63,053 bases of DNA from Bacilli bacterium. GTDB lineage: Bacteria; Bacillota_I; Bacilli_A; ML615J-28; CAG-698. The stretch covers positions 1-63,053 of the forward strand of contig JAZLLM010000031.1 of NCBI GenBank assembly GCA_045598145.1, read 5' to 3'. The stretch's first letter is position 1. Every line of letters begins with the position of its first letter. The translations under genes and the position numbers were made by a program. The notes beneath the pieces are model-generated. The model did no database searches, was not told where the DNA came from, and saw nothing but the letters and a program-made list of their open reading frames with translations. Positions 1 through 10,446 of this stretch are shown here, piece by piece.

Positions 1-266
1 TCTGATTGTTTGAGCGATATGTCTATAGCCATATGTTGTATGATGGCTATGGACTTTTTTAATTTCTATAGCTAACGATTCTCTATTCTTTTTCCAGTTA
101 GGTTCAACCCCTTTACGAGAAAGCCATTTATAATATCCACTTCTAGATACATTCATCACCTCACACAAGCTTCGTATATTGTAGTCCCGAGAAAGAATTT
201 CAACTATTTCGTATTCCGTATGGATGATTTCGCGATAATTGCATCCTCCTCGGTATATCCTTTTTT
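1..266 (-). CDS. IS3-family transposase OrfB, N-terminal part (expressed by -1 frameshift; runs off window)
   Basis: The -1 frame after the A7G tract (260-267) is open to base 1 and reads ...IRSLCEVMNVSRSGYYKWLSRK...HTTYGYRHIAQTIR, with the canonical 'SRSGYY.W' and 'YGYR' OrfB motifs. Confidence 0.85.
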
Positions 267-560
267 TAATCGTTCATTCTCGATTCTTAGTAACATATTT
301 TCATACTCTAATTGTTCAATTTCAGTTAGAGTTTTTCTTTTTGAATACTTTGCTAATGGATTGCCTGGTTTACGTTTGTTTTGTAATCCATCAATTCCTT
401 GTTCTTTATACCTATTTAGCCATACATGTAATTGATAAGGGTTTATGGCATAATTGGAACATGTATCGTTTCTTGAATGCCCTTCTAAAAAATAATTGAT
501 TACTTCTAGTTTTTGCTCTTTAGACCACTCTCTATTTTTACCACCTTTTGGTCTTCCCAT
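204..560 (-). CDS. IS3-family transposase OrfA (HTH protein)
   Basis: WSKEQKLEVI...LHVWLNRYKEQGIDGL HTH pattern and C-terminal LEYENMLLRIENERLKK coiled segment typical of OrfA. Confidence 0.88.
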   Translation of the reverse strand: MGRPKGGKNREWSKEQKLEVINYFLEGHSRNDTCSNYAINPYQLHVWLNRYKEQGIDGLQNKRKPGNPLAKYSKRKTLTEIEQLEYENMLLRIENERLKKGYTEEDAIIAKSSIRNTK

Positions 561-734
561 TATTTTCTCCTTCCCGAACCCCTAGGGGTTCTACCACTCT
601 AATAGCATAACATAATAAAAAACTATTAATAAACACTAATGTTATTTTAGTGTCTACTAATAGTTTATCATGTCACTTATAAGGCTTGCTTTGTTTATAA
701 AAAACACGGAAAAATGAGCTAAGAAAAGCACTAC

Positions 735-763
735 TTGAAAAGTGACTCAATTTTTGGTATAAT
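735..763 (+). promoter_or_regulatory. sigma-A promoter of prfB
   Basis: TTGAAA-17 nt-TATAAT with extended TG. Confidence 0.65.
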
Positions 764-789
764 TATTAAGTAGAAAAAGGTATAAATAT

Positions 790-1893
790 ATGTTAGAAAA
801 TTATGAAATTTCCAAAGCAATTGAAGAATATAATATAAGAATAGAAGAATTAAAAAAAGCTATTAATGTTACTAAAATAACAAATGATTTAAAAGAAAAG
901 GAAGCATTAATGGATGATCCCAACTTTTGGAATAATAAAGATAAATCAGCAAGTATTTTAAAAGAGATTAAGGTATCTAAAGATAAATTAGATACATTAA
1001 AATCATTAGAAACAAAGTGCGAAGATTTAGACTTCTATTTTAGTATGAAAAAGAATAACGAAGTAGTTGATGATGAAATAGAAGAATTAATTACTGATAT
1101 AAATAAAGAATTAAGTGAATTCGAAATTCAAATGCTTTTAAGTAAAGAATATGATGATTGTGATGCAATTATTGATATGCATCCTGGTGCTGGAGGAACA
1201 GAAAGCCAAGACTGGTGTAGTATGTTATATAGAATGTATATAAGATACGCTGAAAGACATGGATATAATATTGAAGTTTTAGATTACCAAGATGGTGAAG
1301 AAGCAGGCATTAAAAGTGTGAGCTTACTTATTAAAGGTGAAAAAGCATATGGATATTTAAAGAGTGAACAAGGAGTTCACCGTTTAGTTAGAATATCACC
1401 TTTTGATAGTAACGCAAGAAGACACACATCTTTTTGTGCAGTTAGTGTGACACCTAATGTTGAGAAAGATATTGATATTGAAATTAGACCAGAAGATATT
1501 AGAGTTGATACTTATAGATCAAGTGGTGCTGGTGGACAATATATTAATAAGACAGAATCAGCTATTAGAATTACACACCTAAAAACTGGTATCGTAGTAT
1601 CTTGTCAAACTCAAAGAAGTCAACCTCAAAATAGAGAAGTATGTATGAGAGTATTAAAGAGTAAACTTTACCAATTAGAATTAGAAGCTCAAAATAAGAA
1701 AATAAAAGATATAAGTGGCGAAGTAAGTGAAAATGGATTTGGTAGTCAAATCAGAAGTTATGTATTTCATCCTTATTCTATGGTTAAAGATCATAGAACT
1801 AATTTTGAAAACTTTAATACTAATGCGGTAATGGATGGAGATATTGATGATTTTATCAACGCCTTTTTAAAGAGCGAATACAATAATAAGTAG
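790..1893 (+). CDS. prfB: peptide chain release factor 2
   Basis: SPF tripeptide (RISPFDS), GGQ motif, GAGGTESQDW. Confidence 0.97.
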   Translation: MLENYEISKAIEEYNIRIEELKKAINVTKITNDLKEKEALMDDPNFWNNKDKSASILKEIKVSKDKLDTLKSLETKCEDLDFYFSMKKNNEVVDDEIEELITDINKELSEFEIQMLLSKEYDDCDAIIDMHPGAGGTESQDWCSMLYRMYIRYAERHGYNIEVLDYQDGEEAGIKSVSLLIKGEKAYGYLKSEQGVHRLVRISPFDSNARRHTSFCAVSVTPNVEKDIDIEIRPEDIRVDTYRSSGAGGQYINKTESAIRITHLKTGIVVSCQTQRSQPQNREVCMRVLKSKLYQLELEAQNKKIKDISGEVSENGFGSQIRSYVFHPYSMVKDHRTNFENFNTNAVMDGDIDDFINAFLKSEYNNK

Positions 1894-1900
1894 GTATGTT

Positions 1901-2812
1901 ATGAAGAAAATTAAGCTTAAAAAATATTTATTCGAATATGTTAATATGACTTTAGGTATAGCCTTAGTTGGTTTAACTTTTAGCTTTTTCTTAAATCCTT
2001 ATAATTTAGTTATTGGAGGAGTTGGAGGAGTTGCTATCATCTTAAAGGAATATATGGATACAGCTTTAATTGTATTAATTATTGATGTTATATTGTTATT
2101 ATTAGGTTTGATATTTATGGGTAAAGAATATTTTATTAAAAATGTTTATGGCTCATTAATGCTACCTTTATTCATTTATATATTTGAGTTAGTATATAAA
2201 TGGTTGCAAAACTTAAATGATGGTAATTTACTTATAAGTGAAGATAACATGTTATTAATAACTGTTTTTGGTGCTTTGCTTACTGGTGTTGGAATTGGTT
2301 ATGCAATCAAATTTGGTGGATCAACTGGTGGTACAGAAATATTACAAAATATCGTTTATAAATATTTCCATATACCATTCTCAGCTTCTTTATACTTTTT
2401 AGATGGTACTGTTGTTTTGCTAGGTTTCTTATTTATAAGAGATGCAAACGGGATGCTGAAATATGATTTTCTATTGTATGCAATAATCTTTATTTATCTT
2501 AGTGGTATAGTAATGGATCAAATAATATTTAGAGGATTTAAGAAAAGAGCAGTATATATCATTAGTGAAAAGAGCGATGAAATTAAGGAAAAGATTCTTA
2601 ATGAGTTAGAACGTGGAGTAACTGAGATGAGCGTAATTGGTGGATATACTGGAGAAGAAAGAAAGACATTATTATGTGTTCTATCATCTAGTCAATTCTA
2701 TCATTTAAAATCATTAATAAATAGCATAGATCCAAAAGCATTCTATTACGTAGTAAGAGCTAATGAAGTTGGTGGTGAAGGATTTACATATGATGAATAC
2801 AATCGTTATTAA
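1901..2812 (+). CDS. YitT-family membrane protein
   Basis: GGVGGVAI and GGSTGGTEI motifs, multiple TM segments, C-terminal 'RGVT...GGYTGEERKTLLCV...IDPKAF' domain. Confidence 0.85.
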   Translation: MKKIKLKKYLFEYVNMTLGIALVGLTFSFFLNPYNLVIGGVGGVAIILKEYMDTALIVLIIDVILLLLGLIFMGKEYFIKNVYGSLMLPLFIYIFELVYKWLQNLNDGNLLISEDNMLLITVFGALLTGVGIGYAIKFGGSTGGTEILQNIVYKYFHIPFSASLYFLDGTVVLLGFLFIRDANGMLKYDFLLYAIIFIYLSGIVMDQIIFRGFKKRAVYIISEKSDEIKEKILNELERGVTEMSVIGGYTGEERKTLLCVLSSSQFYHLKSLINSIDPKAFYYVVRANEVGGEGFTYDEYNRY

Positions 2813-3614
2813 AAATCTTAGTGCCAGTAAAAAAAGAAATAAAATAATATATACTATTACTACTAACGAAGAAGAAGATAATGAATACATCATCGATGAA
2901 GACACTATTGTAAAATATGAGATAATTGAAGGTAGAGAGTTTGATTCCAAAATATTTAAGAAAATAATTAAAGAAGTTGAATTATCAAAGCTAACTAATA
3001 AATGCTTTAATTATTTAAATTATGGGATGAAGACTAAACACCAAATTTACGAATATCTAAATAAGCAAAATGATAAACAAGATAGTGATAACAAATATAG
3101 TAAAAGTGATTATCATTATGTAATTGAAAGATTAGAGTCTTTAGGATATATCGATGATTTAGCTTTTTCTAAGAATTATATTAATGAACACAAACAATAT
3201 AAAGGAAGAAAATATATTGAAAGAGAGCTAAATAATAAGGGAGTAGATTCAATAATTATTATAGAAGCACTAAACTCTTTAGATGAAGAAGAAGAATATG
3301 AGGCGGCACTAAAAATAGCAAATAAGTTAAGTGCTATAAATAGGAAATATCCGCTTAAAAAACAAGAAATGCTTTTATCTTCTAAATTAGCAAGAGATGG
3401 CTTTTCTAGTGAAATAATTAGAAAAATCATTACGAGCATTGAATTAGTTGATGATTCTTCATTTATGTTAGAGAAAGATTTAAATAAGCTAATAAAAAAA
3501 TATGATGGCAAAGATATTAGCGTTTATGAAAAAAGGCAAAAAATACTTGCTTCATTACTAAATAAAGGATACTCCTTTAGACAATTAGAAGATTCAATTA
3601 AAGAAATAAAATAA
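2790..3614 (+). CDS. recX: RecX regulatory protein
   Basis: LESLGYIDDLAFSKNY, KGRKYIERELNNKGV, KLARDGFS and LLNKGYS helical repeats. Start moved to ATG 2790, which follows GAAGGA. Confidence 0.85.
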   Translation: MMNTIVIKNLSASKKRNKIIYTITTNEEEDNEYIIDEDTIVKYEIIEGREFDSKIFKKIIKEVELSKLTNKCFNYLNYGMKTKHQIYEYLNKQNDKQDSDNKYSKSDYHYVIERLESLGYIDDLAFSKNYINEHKQYKGRKYIERELNNKGVDSIIIIEALNSLDEEEEYEAALKIANKLSAINRKYPLKKQEMLLSSKLARDGFSSEIIRKIITSIELVDDSSFMLEKDLNKLIKKYDGKDISVYEKRQKILASLLNKGYSFRQLEDSIKEIK

Positions 3615-3657
3615 ATTATCTGGATGATCAAAATATCATACTTGATAATTTTTTTAT
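3614..3657 (+). terminator. probable intrinsic terminator after recX
   Basis: AAATTATC...GATAATTT stem followed by a T run. Confidence 0.5.
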
Positions 3658-3714
3658 TTTATAATTTTAATTAAAGAAAAGTATGTTATAATAACAAAAA
3701 AGAGGTTTACATAT

Positions 3715-5772
3715 ATGAAAAAAATTAAAGCTATAATTTTTACATTATTAATTTTATTAATTGCTTTATGCACATTAATCAATGTTAATGCAGAAAGCGA
3801 TGAAGAAGCATTAATTAATGGTAAAGGGGGAACCGTTTATTATTATGGTACTACTGATCCAGTAATGATACCTAAATCATACAAAGAAAAGACAACTGAA
3901 TTTAGAGGTACATGGGTTTCATTCTATGCAGGTGATATTAATTCATATCAATCTAAAACACAAATGATGAACCAATTAAATGCTATTTTAGATACATTAG
4001 AAGAATATAATATGAATACTGTAGTATTTCATATTAGAACTCATAATAATGCATATTATGATTCAGAACTTGCACCTATTGCTCCAGATGTAAAAGCATG
4101 TAATTTTAAAGAATGGGATTACTTAGAATGGTTTATTAATGAATGCCATAAACGTGGTATTGAATTCCATGCTTGGTTAAATCCATATCGTATTTCTTCT
4201 GTTGCAATAAGTAATGAAGAAATCAAAACAAAATATGCTAATTTTCCTAATAACCCAGCACATAGTTTAAGCAATGTTTTAAATGGTGGTGACGAAGGCG
4301 CTATCTTAGACCCAGGTATTCCAGAGGTTAGAGAATATATTAATGATGTTGTAATGGAAATTGTAAATAAATACGATGTTGATGCTATTCATTTTGATGA
4401 TTATTTTTACATCTCAGGTATCGATGATTCAGCAACAAGAACAAAATACAATAAAGCTAAATTAAGTATTGGTGATTTTAGAAGAAGTGCAGTAGATTCT
4501 TTAATTGAAGATTTAAATCAATCTTTAAAGAAATATAATAGAGATAATAATAAGTCAGTTCAATTAGGTATTTCTCCAACTGGAGTATATCGTAATGGTT
4601 CTTTCGTAAAAGAAAGTAGCTTCCGTTATGATGCTAGTGGTACTTTAACTTACCCTCTATCTTCAGGTACTGCAGGATATGAACATTATGATAGCCCATT
4701 ATATTGTGACACAAAGAAATGGGTTGATAATTCTTGGATTGATTATGTAATTCCTCAATGTTATTCAGCTTTAGATATGACACAAAGTTCTCCAGCTGCA
4801 GAAACTTATTGGTGGAATGGTGTTGTTAAAAACAAGACATGTAAATTATATATTGGTATTGGTTTATACAAGATGGGAACAGCTAACCAAGATGGTTGGA
4901 CTACTAACCCTGATGAATTATTAAAACAATTAAGATATTATCAAAAATTAGAAAACGTTGATGGTGTTTGCGTTTATGAATATTCAAGCTTAGTAACTAA
5001 GAAAAATACAGATGCATTAAAAGCTTTAAGAGAAGAATATTGGACTACTAAAGCAATCAATCCTCAGGTTGATAATTTTATGAACTATGTGGATTCAAAT
5101 GTTAGTGTTGAGAATTTAAAGATTTATAAATCTAATGATAATACTTCTGTTTGTTTAGCTTTTGATAAATTAGAAAATGTATATCGTTATGCTATTTATA
5201 AATACCAAGATAAATTAGATATCACAGATAGAAAACAAATAGTTGGTATTTGTGGTGCAAATAAAAATTCTGATTACGTTTCATTTACTGATTATGAATA
5301 TACTGAGAATGCAAAATATGCTATTATTCCTATTACTCTAGCTAATACTTTAGCTAAAGAAAAAGAGATAAGTATAAGTGATGCTAAAGACTTTGATTTA
5401 AGTGTTGGTGAAATAAGTATTGAAGTTGGAGAACCAACAACTTATGGAGGAGTAATTAATGTTATCTTCTTGAACCCAACTATCTATGTAGGTACTAAAG
5501 GAACATTCTCAATATATGTATCATATGATGAAAACTTTAGTGAGTATGAAGTTTATAATGAAAATAGTGAATATAATTTAACTGGTTCAAATATTTTAAG
5601 AGTTCCATATAACGATAAAGGTATGAAACAATATATTAAAGTTGTTTGCACAAATGAATATGGAAGCTTTGAATCAGAAGTTCATGAAGCTTCATTAAGT
5701 TTTGATGCAATATCATTACTTGATTATATTCAAAATATGAATAATGAATTTTATAAGGGGTTGTTTAACTAG
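3715..5772 (+). CDS. secreted GHL10 (YddW/YngK-like) glycoside hydrolase
   Basis: Signal peptide; EFRGTWV, ECHKRGIEFHAWLNPYR, YDVDAIHFDDYFY and WIDYVIPQCY motifs of family-10-like glycosyl hydrolases. Confidence 0.85.
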   Translation: MKKIKAIIFTLLILLIALCTLINVNAESDEEALINGKGGTVYYYGTTDPVMIPKSYKEKTTEFRGTWVSFYAGDINSYQSKTQMMNQLNAILDTLEEYNMNTVVFHIRTHNNAYYDSELAPIAPDVKACNFKEWDYLEWFINECHKRGIEFHAWLNPYRISSVAISNEEIKTKYANFPNNPAHSLSNVLNGGDEGAILDPGIPEVREYINDVVMEIVNKYDVDAIHFDDYFYISGIDDSATRTKYNKAKLSIGDFRRSAVDSLIEDLNQSLKKYNRDNNKSVQLGISPTGVYRNGSFVKESSFRYDASGTLTYPLSSGTAGYEHYDSPLYCDTKKWVDNSWIDYVIPQCYSALDMTQSSPAAETYWWNGVVKNKTCKLYIGIGLYKMGTANQDGWTTNPDELLKQLRYYQKLENVDGVCVYEYSSLVTKKNTDALKALREEYWTTKAINPQVDNFMNYVDSNVSVENLKIYKSNDNTSVCLAFDKLENVYRYAIYKYQDKLDITDRKQIVGICGANKNSDYVSFTDYEYTENAKYAIIPITLANTLAKEKEISISDAKDFDLSVGEISIEVGEPTTYGGVINVIFLNPTIYVGTKGTFSIYVSYDENFSEYEVYNENSEYNLTGSNILRVPYNDKGMKQYIKVVCTNEYGSFESEVHEASLSFDAISLLDYIQNMNNEFYKGLFN

Positions 5773-5781
5773 GTAAATAAT

Positions 5782-6474
5782 ATGAAAAAGCTAGTAACAT
5801 TATGTTTAGCGATAATATTTACTACTTTATTATTAGCTTGTAATAGAGACTACAAAGTATCTTTCGTAATAAATGATGGTGATATCTTAGATCAATACAT
5901 CCCTAAAAATGGTACAATTAATAATTTTGTGCCAAATAGAGAAGGCTGTGAATTTGTATGTTGGTTATTAGATGATGAAGAATTTGATGCTAATACACCA
6001 ATTACTGATAATATAATCTTACACGCAAGTTTTAAATTAAATGATTTAAATGTAACTTACTATATTGGTGATGAAGTATATTTAAATGTTATAACTAATA
6101 TAGAAACATTATTAAAAGAACCTAAACAACCAGAAAAAGAAGATTATATATTTTTATCTTGGGAAACAGTAGATGGAAATGATTTTGAATTTGGTAAGGT
6201 AGTTACATCTGATTTAAAATTATATGCTAATATGGTTTTAGATTCAGAATATAAAATTAAGTTAAAAGTAAGTTTTAATTCAACTGGTGCTAAACAAGAT
6301 ATTGAAGACATTTATATTAATCGTTTAGATAAAATTAGTGATCTACCAGAGGTAAGTTTTGAAGGCCATGAATTTTTAGGTTGGTATATTAATGATGTAA
6401 AGATTGATGAAGATACAATCATTAAAGAAACCAAAGATTTTACATTGATTGCCAAATGGAAAGAAATAGAATAA
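5782..6474 (+). CDS. lipoprotein with three InlB-B/Flg_new-type repeats
   Basis: Lipobox LLAC; three 'P..EG.EF.GW...L.A.W'-type repeats. Confidence 0.75.
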   Translation: MKKLVTLCLAIIFTTLLLACNRDYKVSFVINDGDILDQYIPKNGTINNFVPNREGCEFVCWLLDDEEFDANTPITDNIILHASFKLNDLNVTYYIGDEVYLNVITNIETLLKEPKQPEKEDYIFLSWETVDGNDFEFGKVVTSDLKLYANMVLDSEYKIKLKVSFNSTGAKQDIEDIYINRLDKISDLPEVSFEGHEFLGWYINDVKIDEDTIIKETKDFTLIAKWKEIE

Positions 6475-6475
6475 A

Positions 6476-6515
6476 AAAAGAAGATTAATTAGTATTAGCT
6501 AATTAATCTTTTTTA
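6476..6515. terminator. bidirectional terminator between convergent genes
   Basis: AAGATTAATTAG-tattag-CTAATTAATCTT flanked by A and T runs. Confidence 0.75.
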
Positions 6516-7325
6516 AAACTCATAATTTTTGAAGAAATATGCTAAACCAGATTCTTTTACGGTTTTAGTAATATAGTTTGCATATTTAAGTAATTCGGGG
6601 TGACTATCACCCATAGCAACACCAATATATGAAAAGTCCAACATTTCAATATCGTTGTGCCCATCCCCGATTGCTATTGTTTTATCTTTAGGGATATTAT
6701 AATATTTTCTTATTCTTTCTAAAGCTAGAGCTTTAGATGTTATTGGGTTGTATAATTCAGATACTGCGGTTTCATTAGTGAACCAATATCTAATTCTTAC
6801 TTCCTTATAATAATCTCTTACATAATCTTCAAGTTCTTTTTCAGAACCCACCTTTGAGAATAGAATAGATCCATTAGGATTCTTATCTAATATTTTTTCA
6901 AAGCTACCTACATGTAAGTTTCCGCCATCTAAATGTAAATAAGGTTTAATATATTCAGTGTCATCAAGTAAATAAATATCGTCTTTGTTTTCAGAAAATG
7001 CGTTAATTAATATATCTTTCTTTGCATTTAGAAATTTAATTAGTGGTTCTTTATCAATTGTAATCATTGTTGTTTCAAAATTAGGATCATTAGGACTATG
7101 TACCCATGCACCATTATAATTTATAATTGGAGTGTTAAGTCCGATTATGTTATAAAAATACATACTACTTCTCCATGGTCTTCCTGTAGCTATTACAATA
7201 TAATTGTTTTTTGCTAATTCTTTTAAAACTTCGAAGCTTTCTTTATCGATATTATCAAAACCAGTTACGATTGTATTATCCAAATCTACGGCTATTAAAT
7301 ATCCCTTTAAATCTTTATAATTCAT
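6513..7325 (-). CDS. Cof-type HAD-IIB hydrolase
   Basis: AVDLDNT, IATGRP, IINYNGA and AIGDGHNDIEML motifs. Confidence 0.9.
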   Translation of the reverse strand: MNYKDLKGYLIAVDLDNTIVTGFDNIDKESFEVLKELAKNNYIVIATGRPWRSSMYFYNIIGLNTPIINYNGAWVHSPNDPNFETTMITIDKEPLIKFLNAKKDILINAFSENKDDIYLLDDTEYIKPYLHLDGGNLHVGSFEKILDKNPNGSILFSKVGSEKELEDYVRDYYKEVRIRYWFTNETAVSELYNPITSKALALERIRKYYNIPKDKTIAIGDGHNDIEMLDFSYIGVAMGDSHPELLKYANYITKTVKESGLAYFFKNYEF

Positions 7326-7484
7326 ATTATCACGCTCAAAAATATTTTATGAAAATATTATACCATAAATCTTAAATTTACGCAAAACATAGTTAAAATA
7401 TTTAAAGTAAGTTTAAATTGAAAAAAAAGACTAATTGATGTATAATATTGATATAAGTGGAAATATGCGCATATTTTAAAAAGG

Positions 7485-8363
7485 ATGAAAAAAATGATTT
7501 TAAATTTCTGGGAAAGTATTAGAGAAGAGATAATAGAAATATTTACTAATATAAGTTTAGGTAGTTTAATTACTTTATTCTTTGGAATTGTAATTGGTAT
7601 ATTAATTGCCATTATTTGTTATGCCACTATGTTTACTAATAAACTTAAAAAGAAAGAGAAAGACAATAATTTTAAAAGCGCAAATTTAAAGAAAAAAGAT
7701 AAAAAGAACTTAAGCAAAGAAGAAAAAGAAGACTTAGAGAAATTAGAAACAGAACAAATTGAGCTAATTAAGAATTATATAGAATCTAGTAAGAAAGAAT
7801 ACCTTGATGAAGGTGCTGGTTTAGGTTTTGGGGAAAAGATTACAATAGCTAAGGATGTAGGCTATAATATGGCCTTATCAATAGCTAAGGTTTATTATCC
7901 AAAATCTAAACATCCTTTATTTGAATTATCTATTGAAGAATTAATTATGTTAGATAGATATATCGCAGATAGAATTGAGGGTGTATTTGATTCTAAGGTA
8001 TTAAGAGTATTTAAAAAAGTAAAGGTATCACAAATATTAACTATTTTAGATGCAAAGAAAAAAATTGACGATAGTAAAATAGTTAAAAGTGCAAAGAAAA
8101 TGCGTATTGGCGGTATCGGTAAAATTGTAATGAGTGCAGTTAACTTAATAAATCCAGGATATTGGATTAAGAAATCACTTATGAAAATTACTACTACAGT
8201 AGGAACAGATAAAGTGGTATGTATCATTCTTGGAATTATTGGTGAAGAAGTAGCTAAAATATATAGCAAGAATGTATTTATATCTTCAGAGGAACAAATC
8301 GCTTTAGAAGAAGAATTAAAAGAAATTGAAGAAGAAGAGCCTGAAGAAAGAAAGGAGAAATAA
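7485..8363 (+). CDS. hypothetical membrane-anchored protein
   Basis: 292-aa ORF with one N-terminal TM helix; its stop is 1 nt before the ftsK start. Confidence 0.7.
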   Translation: MKKMILNFWESIREEIIEIFTNISLGSLITLFFGIVIGILIAIICYATMFTNKLKKKEKDNNFKSANLKKKDKKNLSKEEKEDLEKLETEQIELIKNYIESSKKEYLDEGAGLGFGEKITIAKDVGYNMALSIAKVYYPKSKHPLFELSIEELIMLDRYIADRIEGVFDSKVLRVFKKVKVSQILTILDAKKKIDDSKIVKSAKKMRIGGIGKIVMSAVNLINPGYWIKKSLMKITTTVGTDKVVCIILGIIGEEVAKIYSKNVFISSEEQIALEEELKEIEEEEPEERKEK

Positions 8364-8364
8364 A

Positions 8365-10446
8365 ATGGTTGAAAAAAGAAATTTTTATATTCCTCAAATA
8401 GAAGAAGAGGAAAAAGAAAGTAAGGTTGTGGAAAATAAACCTAAAGAAAAAGATCGTTATATTCCTGATCAATTTGTTTCTCCTATCAGTGGAAGAAATG
8501 TAAAGGACGAAGTAAGTTATCCAAGCGTTTCATATAACAATGGTGGAAAGCAATATGATACTTTTAGAGACGAAGATAAGAAGCAAAGAAAGAATGATTA
8601 TTCTGACTATATTATCAAAACTGAAAGCTCATATTCTAATGCGGAAACTAGAAATGCATATGGAGGAAGTAACCCAATATATAAAGAGGAAGTTAAACCT
8701 ATACAAAATCCTTACCAAGAACATAATGAAGCTCCTTTTGTAAGCCCAAGAATTATTGATAATAATCCATATAAAGAGGAAGAAGAAATAAAATACCCTA
8801 CTTATGATACAAATGATACTTTAAATAATGAATCTGTTAGTCCATATGAAAACAATCAAGAAATTGTTAATGATGATATTGAAAGTATCTTTGAAGAAGT
8901 AAAAAGAGAAGAAGTAAAAGAAGAAGAAAAGAGCGAAATAACAAGACCAAGAAGAGTTAATTTAAATGAAACTCCAAGTGATAAGCAATATAAGCCTAAA
9001 CTTGAAATGAAGAAAAAATATTATTATCCACCTTTGTCTTTAGTTAGAAAGAAGCCTTCTGATCAAGCTACATTATATAGTGGTGTAGAAAAGCAAAGAG
9101 ATATTATTAATAGAACATTAGAGGAATTTGGTGTAGGTGGTAGAGTTGTAAACTTTACTAAAGGTCCTACTGTTACATTGTTTGAAATTCAATTAAATCC
9201 TGGTGTTAATTATAATAAAATCCCACCACTACAATATAACTTCCAAGGAAACTTAGAAGCTGTAAGTATTAGATTAGAATGTCCAATACCTGGTAAATCT
9301 ACAGTAGGTATTGAAGTACCTAATATTGACCGTGATATGGTATATTTTGGTGATTTAATTAGTGATGAGAAATTCTTACATGATGATAATCCTTTAAATG
9401 TATTATTAGGATTAGATATTTCAGGAAAACCAATTCATGTAGATATATCTAAGATGCCACATGGATTAATTGCTGGTTGTACTGGTTCTGGTAAGAGTGT
9501 ATGTATTAATTCTACTATTACTAACATTTTATTTAAGGCTCATCCAGATGATGTAAAGCTAATTTTAATTGACCCTAAGAAAGTAGAATTTAGTAAATTT
9601 AGAGGTATACCTCATTTAGCTACACCTATAATCACTGACCCTAAACTTGCAGTAGCTAGTTTGAAATGGGCTGTAGATGAAATGGAAAATCGTTATGAAT
9701 TGTTTGCATCAGTTGGTGCAAGTAAATATAAAGAATATTTAGAGATTACCGGTGGAACTAAAGAAGTTAAGCATTTACCATATATAGTAATAATAATCGA
9801 TGAATTCGCTGACTTAATTTTAAATTGTCCTGATGTAGAAGAAAGTGTTATGAAATTAACTCAAAAGGCAAGAGCAGCTGGAATTCATCTATTAGTAGCA
9901 ACTCAAAGACCTTCAGTAAATGTAATTAATGGCACTATTAAAACTAATATACCAAGTCGTATTGCATTTAAAGTTAATAAACCTTTAGACTCAAATATCA
10001 TCTTAGATAGACCAGGTGCTGAAAAGCTATTAGGTAATGGTGATATGCTATATATTGATGAATTAGGAGTATCAAGAAGAATTCAAGGTGCTTATATTTC
10101 TGATTCAGAAATTAGAGATGTTGTAAGTTATATTAACGATAATTATGATGGTGAGTTCTTAATTGCCACAGATGTTTTAGAAAAGAAATCAAGCCCTGGC
10201 TTTGGTGAAGGTGGGGAAGATGCTATAAATGATGAATTGTTTGTAAAGATTGCAAGATATGTAGTTGATACACAAAATGCAAGTATAAACAAGATTCAAA
10301 AAACTTTTGGATGTGGATTTAATAGAGCATCAGCTATCATTGATAAATTAGAGGAGCTAAATATTGTATCTGAAAATTTAGGTAGTAGAGCTAGAACTGT
10401 ACTAGTTGAACCTGAAGATTTAGAAGATATTTTGAATAACTTATAA
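8365..10446 (+). CDS. ftsK: FtsK/SpoIIIE-family DNA translocase (no N-terminal TM, SftA-like)
   Basis: MPHGLIAGCTGSGKS, IIIDEFADL, ATQRPS and C-terminal gamma domain (GCGFNRASAIID). Start at ATG 8365 after AAGGAG. Confidence 0.93.
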   Translation: MVEKRNFYIPQIEEEEKESKVVENKPKEKDRYIPDQFVSPISGRNVKDEVSYPSVSYNNGGKQYDTFRDEDKKQRKNDYSDYIIKTESSYSNAETRNAYGGSNPIYKEEVKPIQNPYQEHNEAPFVSPRIIDNNPYKEEEEIKYPTYDTNDTLNNESVSPYENNQEIVNDDIESIFEEVKREEVKEEEKSEITRPRRVNLNETPSDKQYKPKLEMKKKYYYPPLSLVRKKPSDQATLYSGVEKQRDIINRTLEEFGVGGRVVNFTKGPTVTLFEIQLNPGVNYNKIPPLQYNFQGNLEAVSIRLECPIPGKSTVGIEVPNIDRDMVYFGDLISDEKFLHDDNPLNVLLGLDISGKPIHVDISKMPHGLIAGCTGSGKSVCINSTITNILFKAHPDDVKLILIDPKKVEFSKFRGIPHLATPIITDPKLAVASLKWAVDEMENRYELFASVGASKYKEYLEITGGTKEVKHLPYIVIIIDEFADLILNCPDVEESVMKLTQKARAAGIHLLVATQRPSVNVINGTIKTNIPSRIAFKVNKPLDSNIILDRPGAEKLLGNGDMLYIDELGVSRRIQGAYISDSEIRDVVSYINDNYDGEFLIATDVLEKKSSPGFGEGGEDAINDELFVKIARYVVDTQNASINKIQKTFGCGFNRASAIIDKLEELNIVSENLGSRARTVLVEPEDLEDILNNL

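Larger units (their letters stand above)
1..675 (-). mobile_element. IS3-family (IS150/IS3-like) insertion sequence, left part; truncated by window start
   Basis: OrfA plus a -1-frame OrfB on the minus strand. Minus-strand end TGACATGATAAACTATTAGTAGACA starting at 675 has the TG...AGACA pattern of IS3-family left ends. The exact end is approximate. Confidence 0.85.

Noticed and set aside
220-499. Plus-strand ORFs 220-435 and 239-499
   Set aside because: Antisense to the IS3 OrfA, with no protein-like features.
8326-8364. Longer ORF-track starts for ftsK (also recX, rbgA, ftsY, tcdA, trmL)
   Set aside because: Downstream ATGs have better SD sequences or match the family N-termini and avoid long overlaps.
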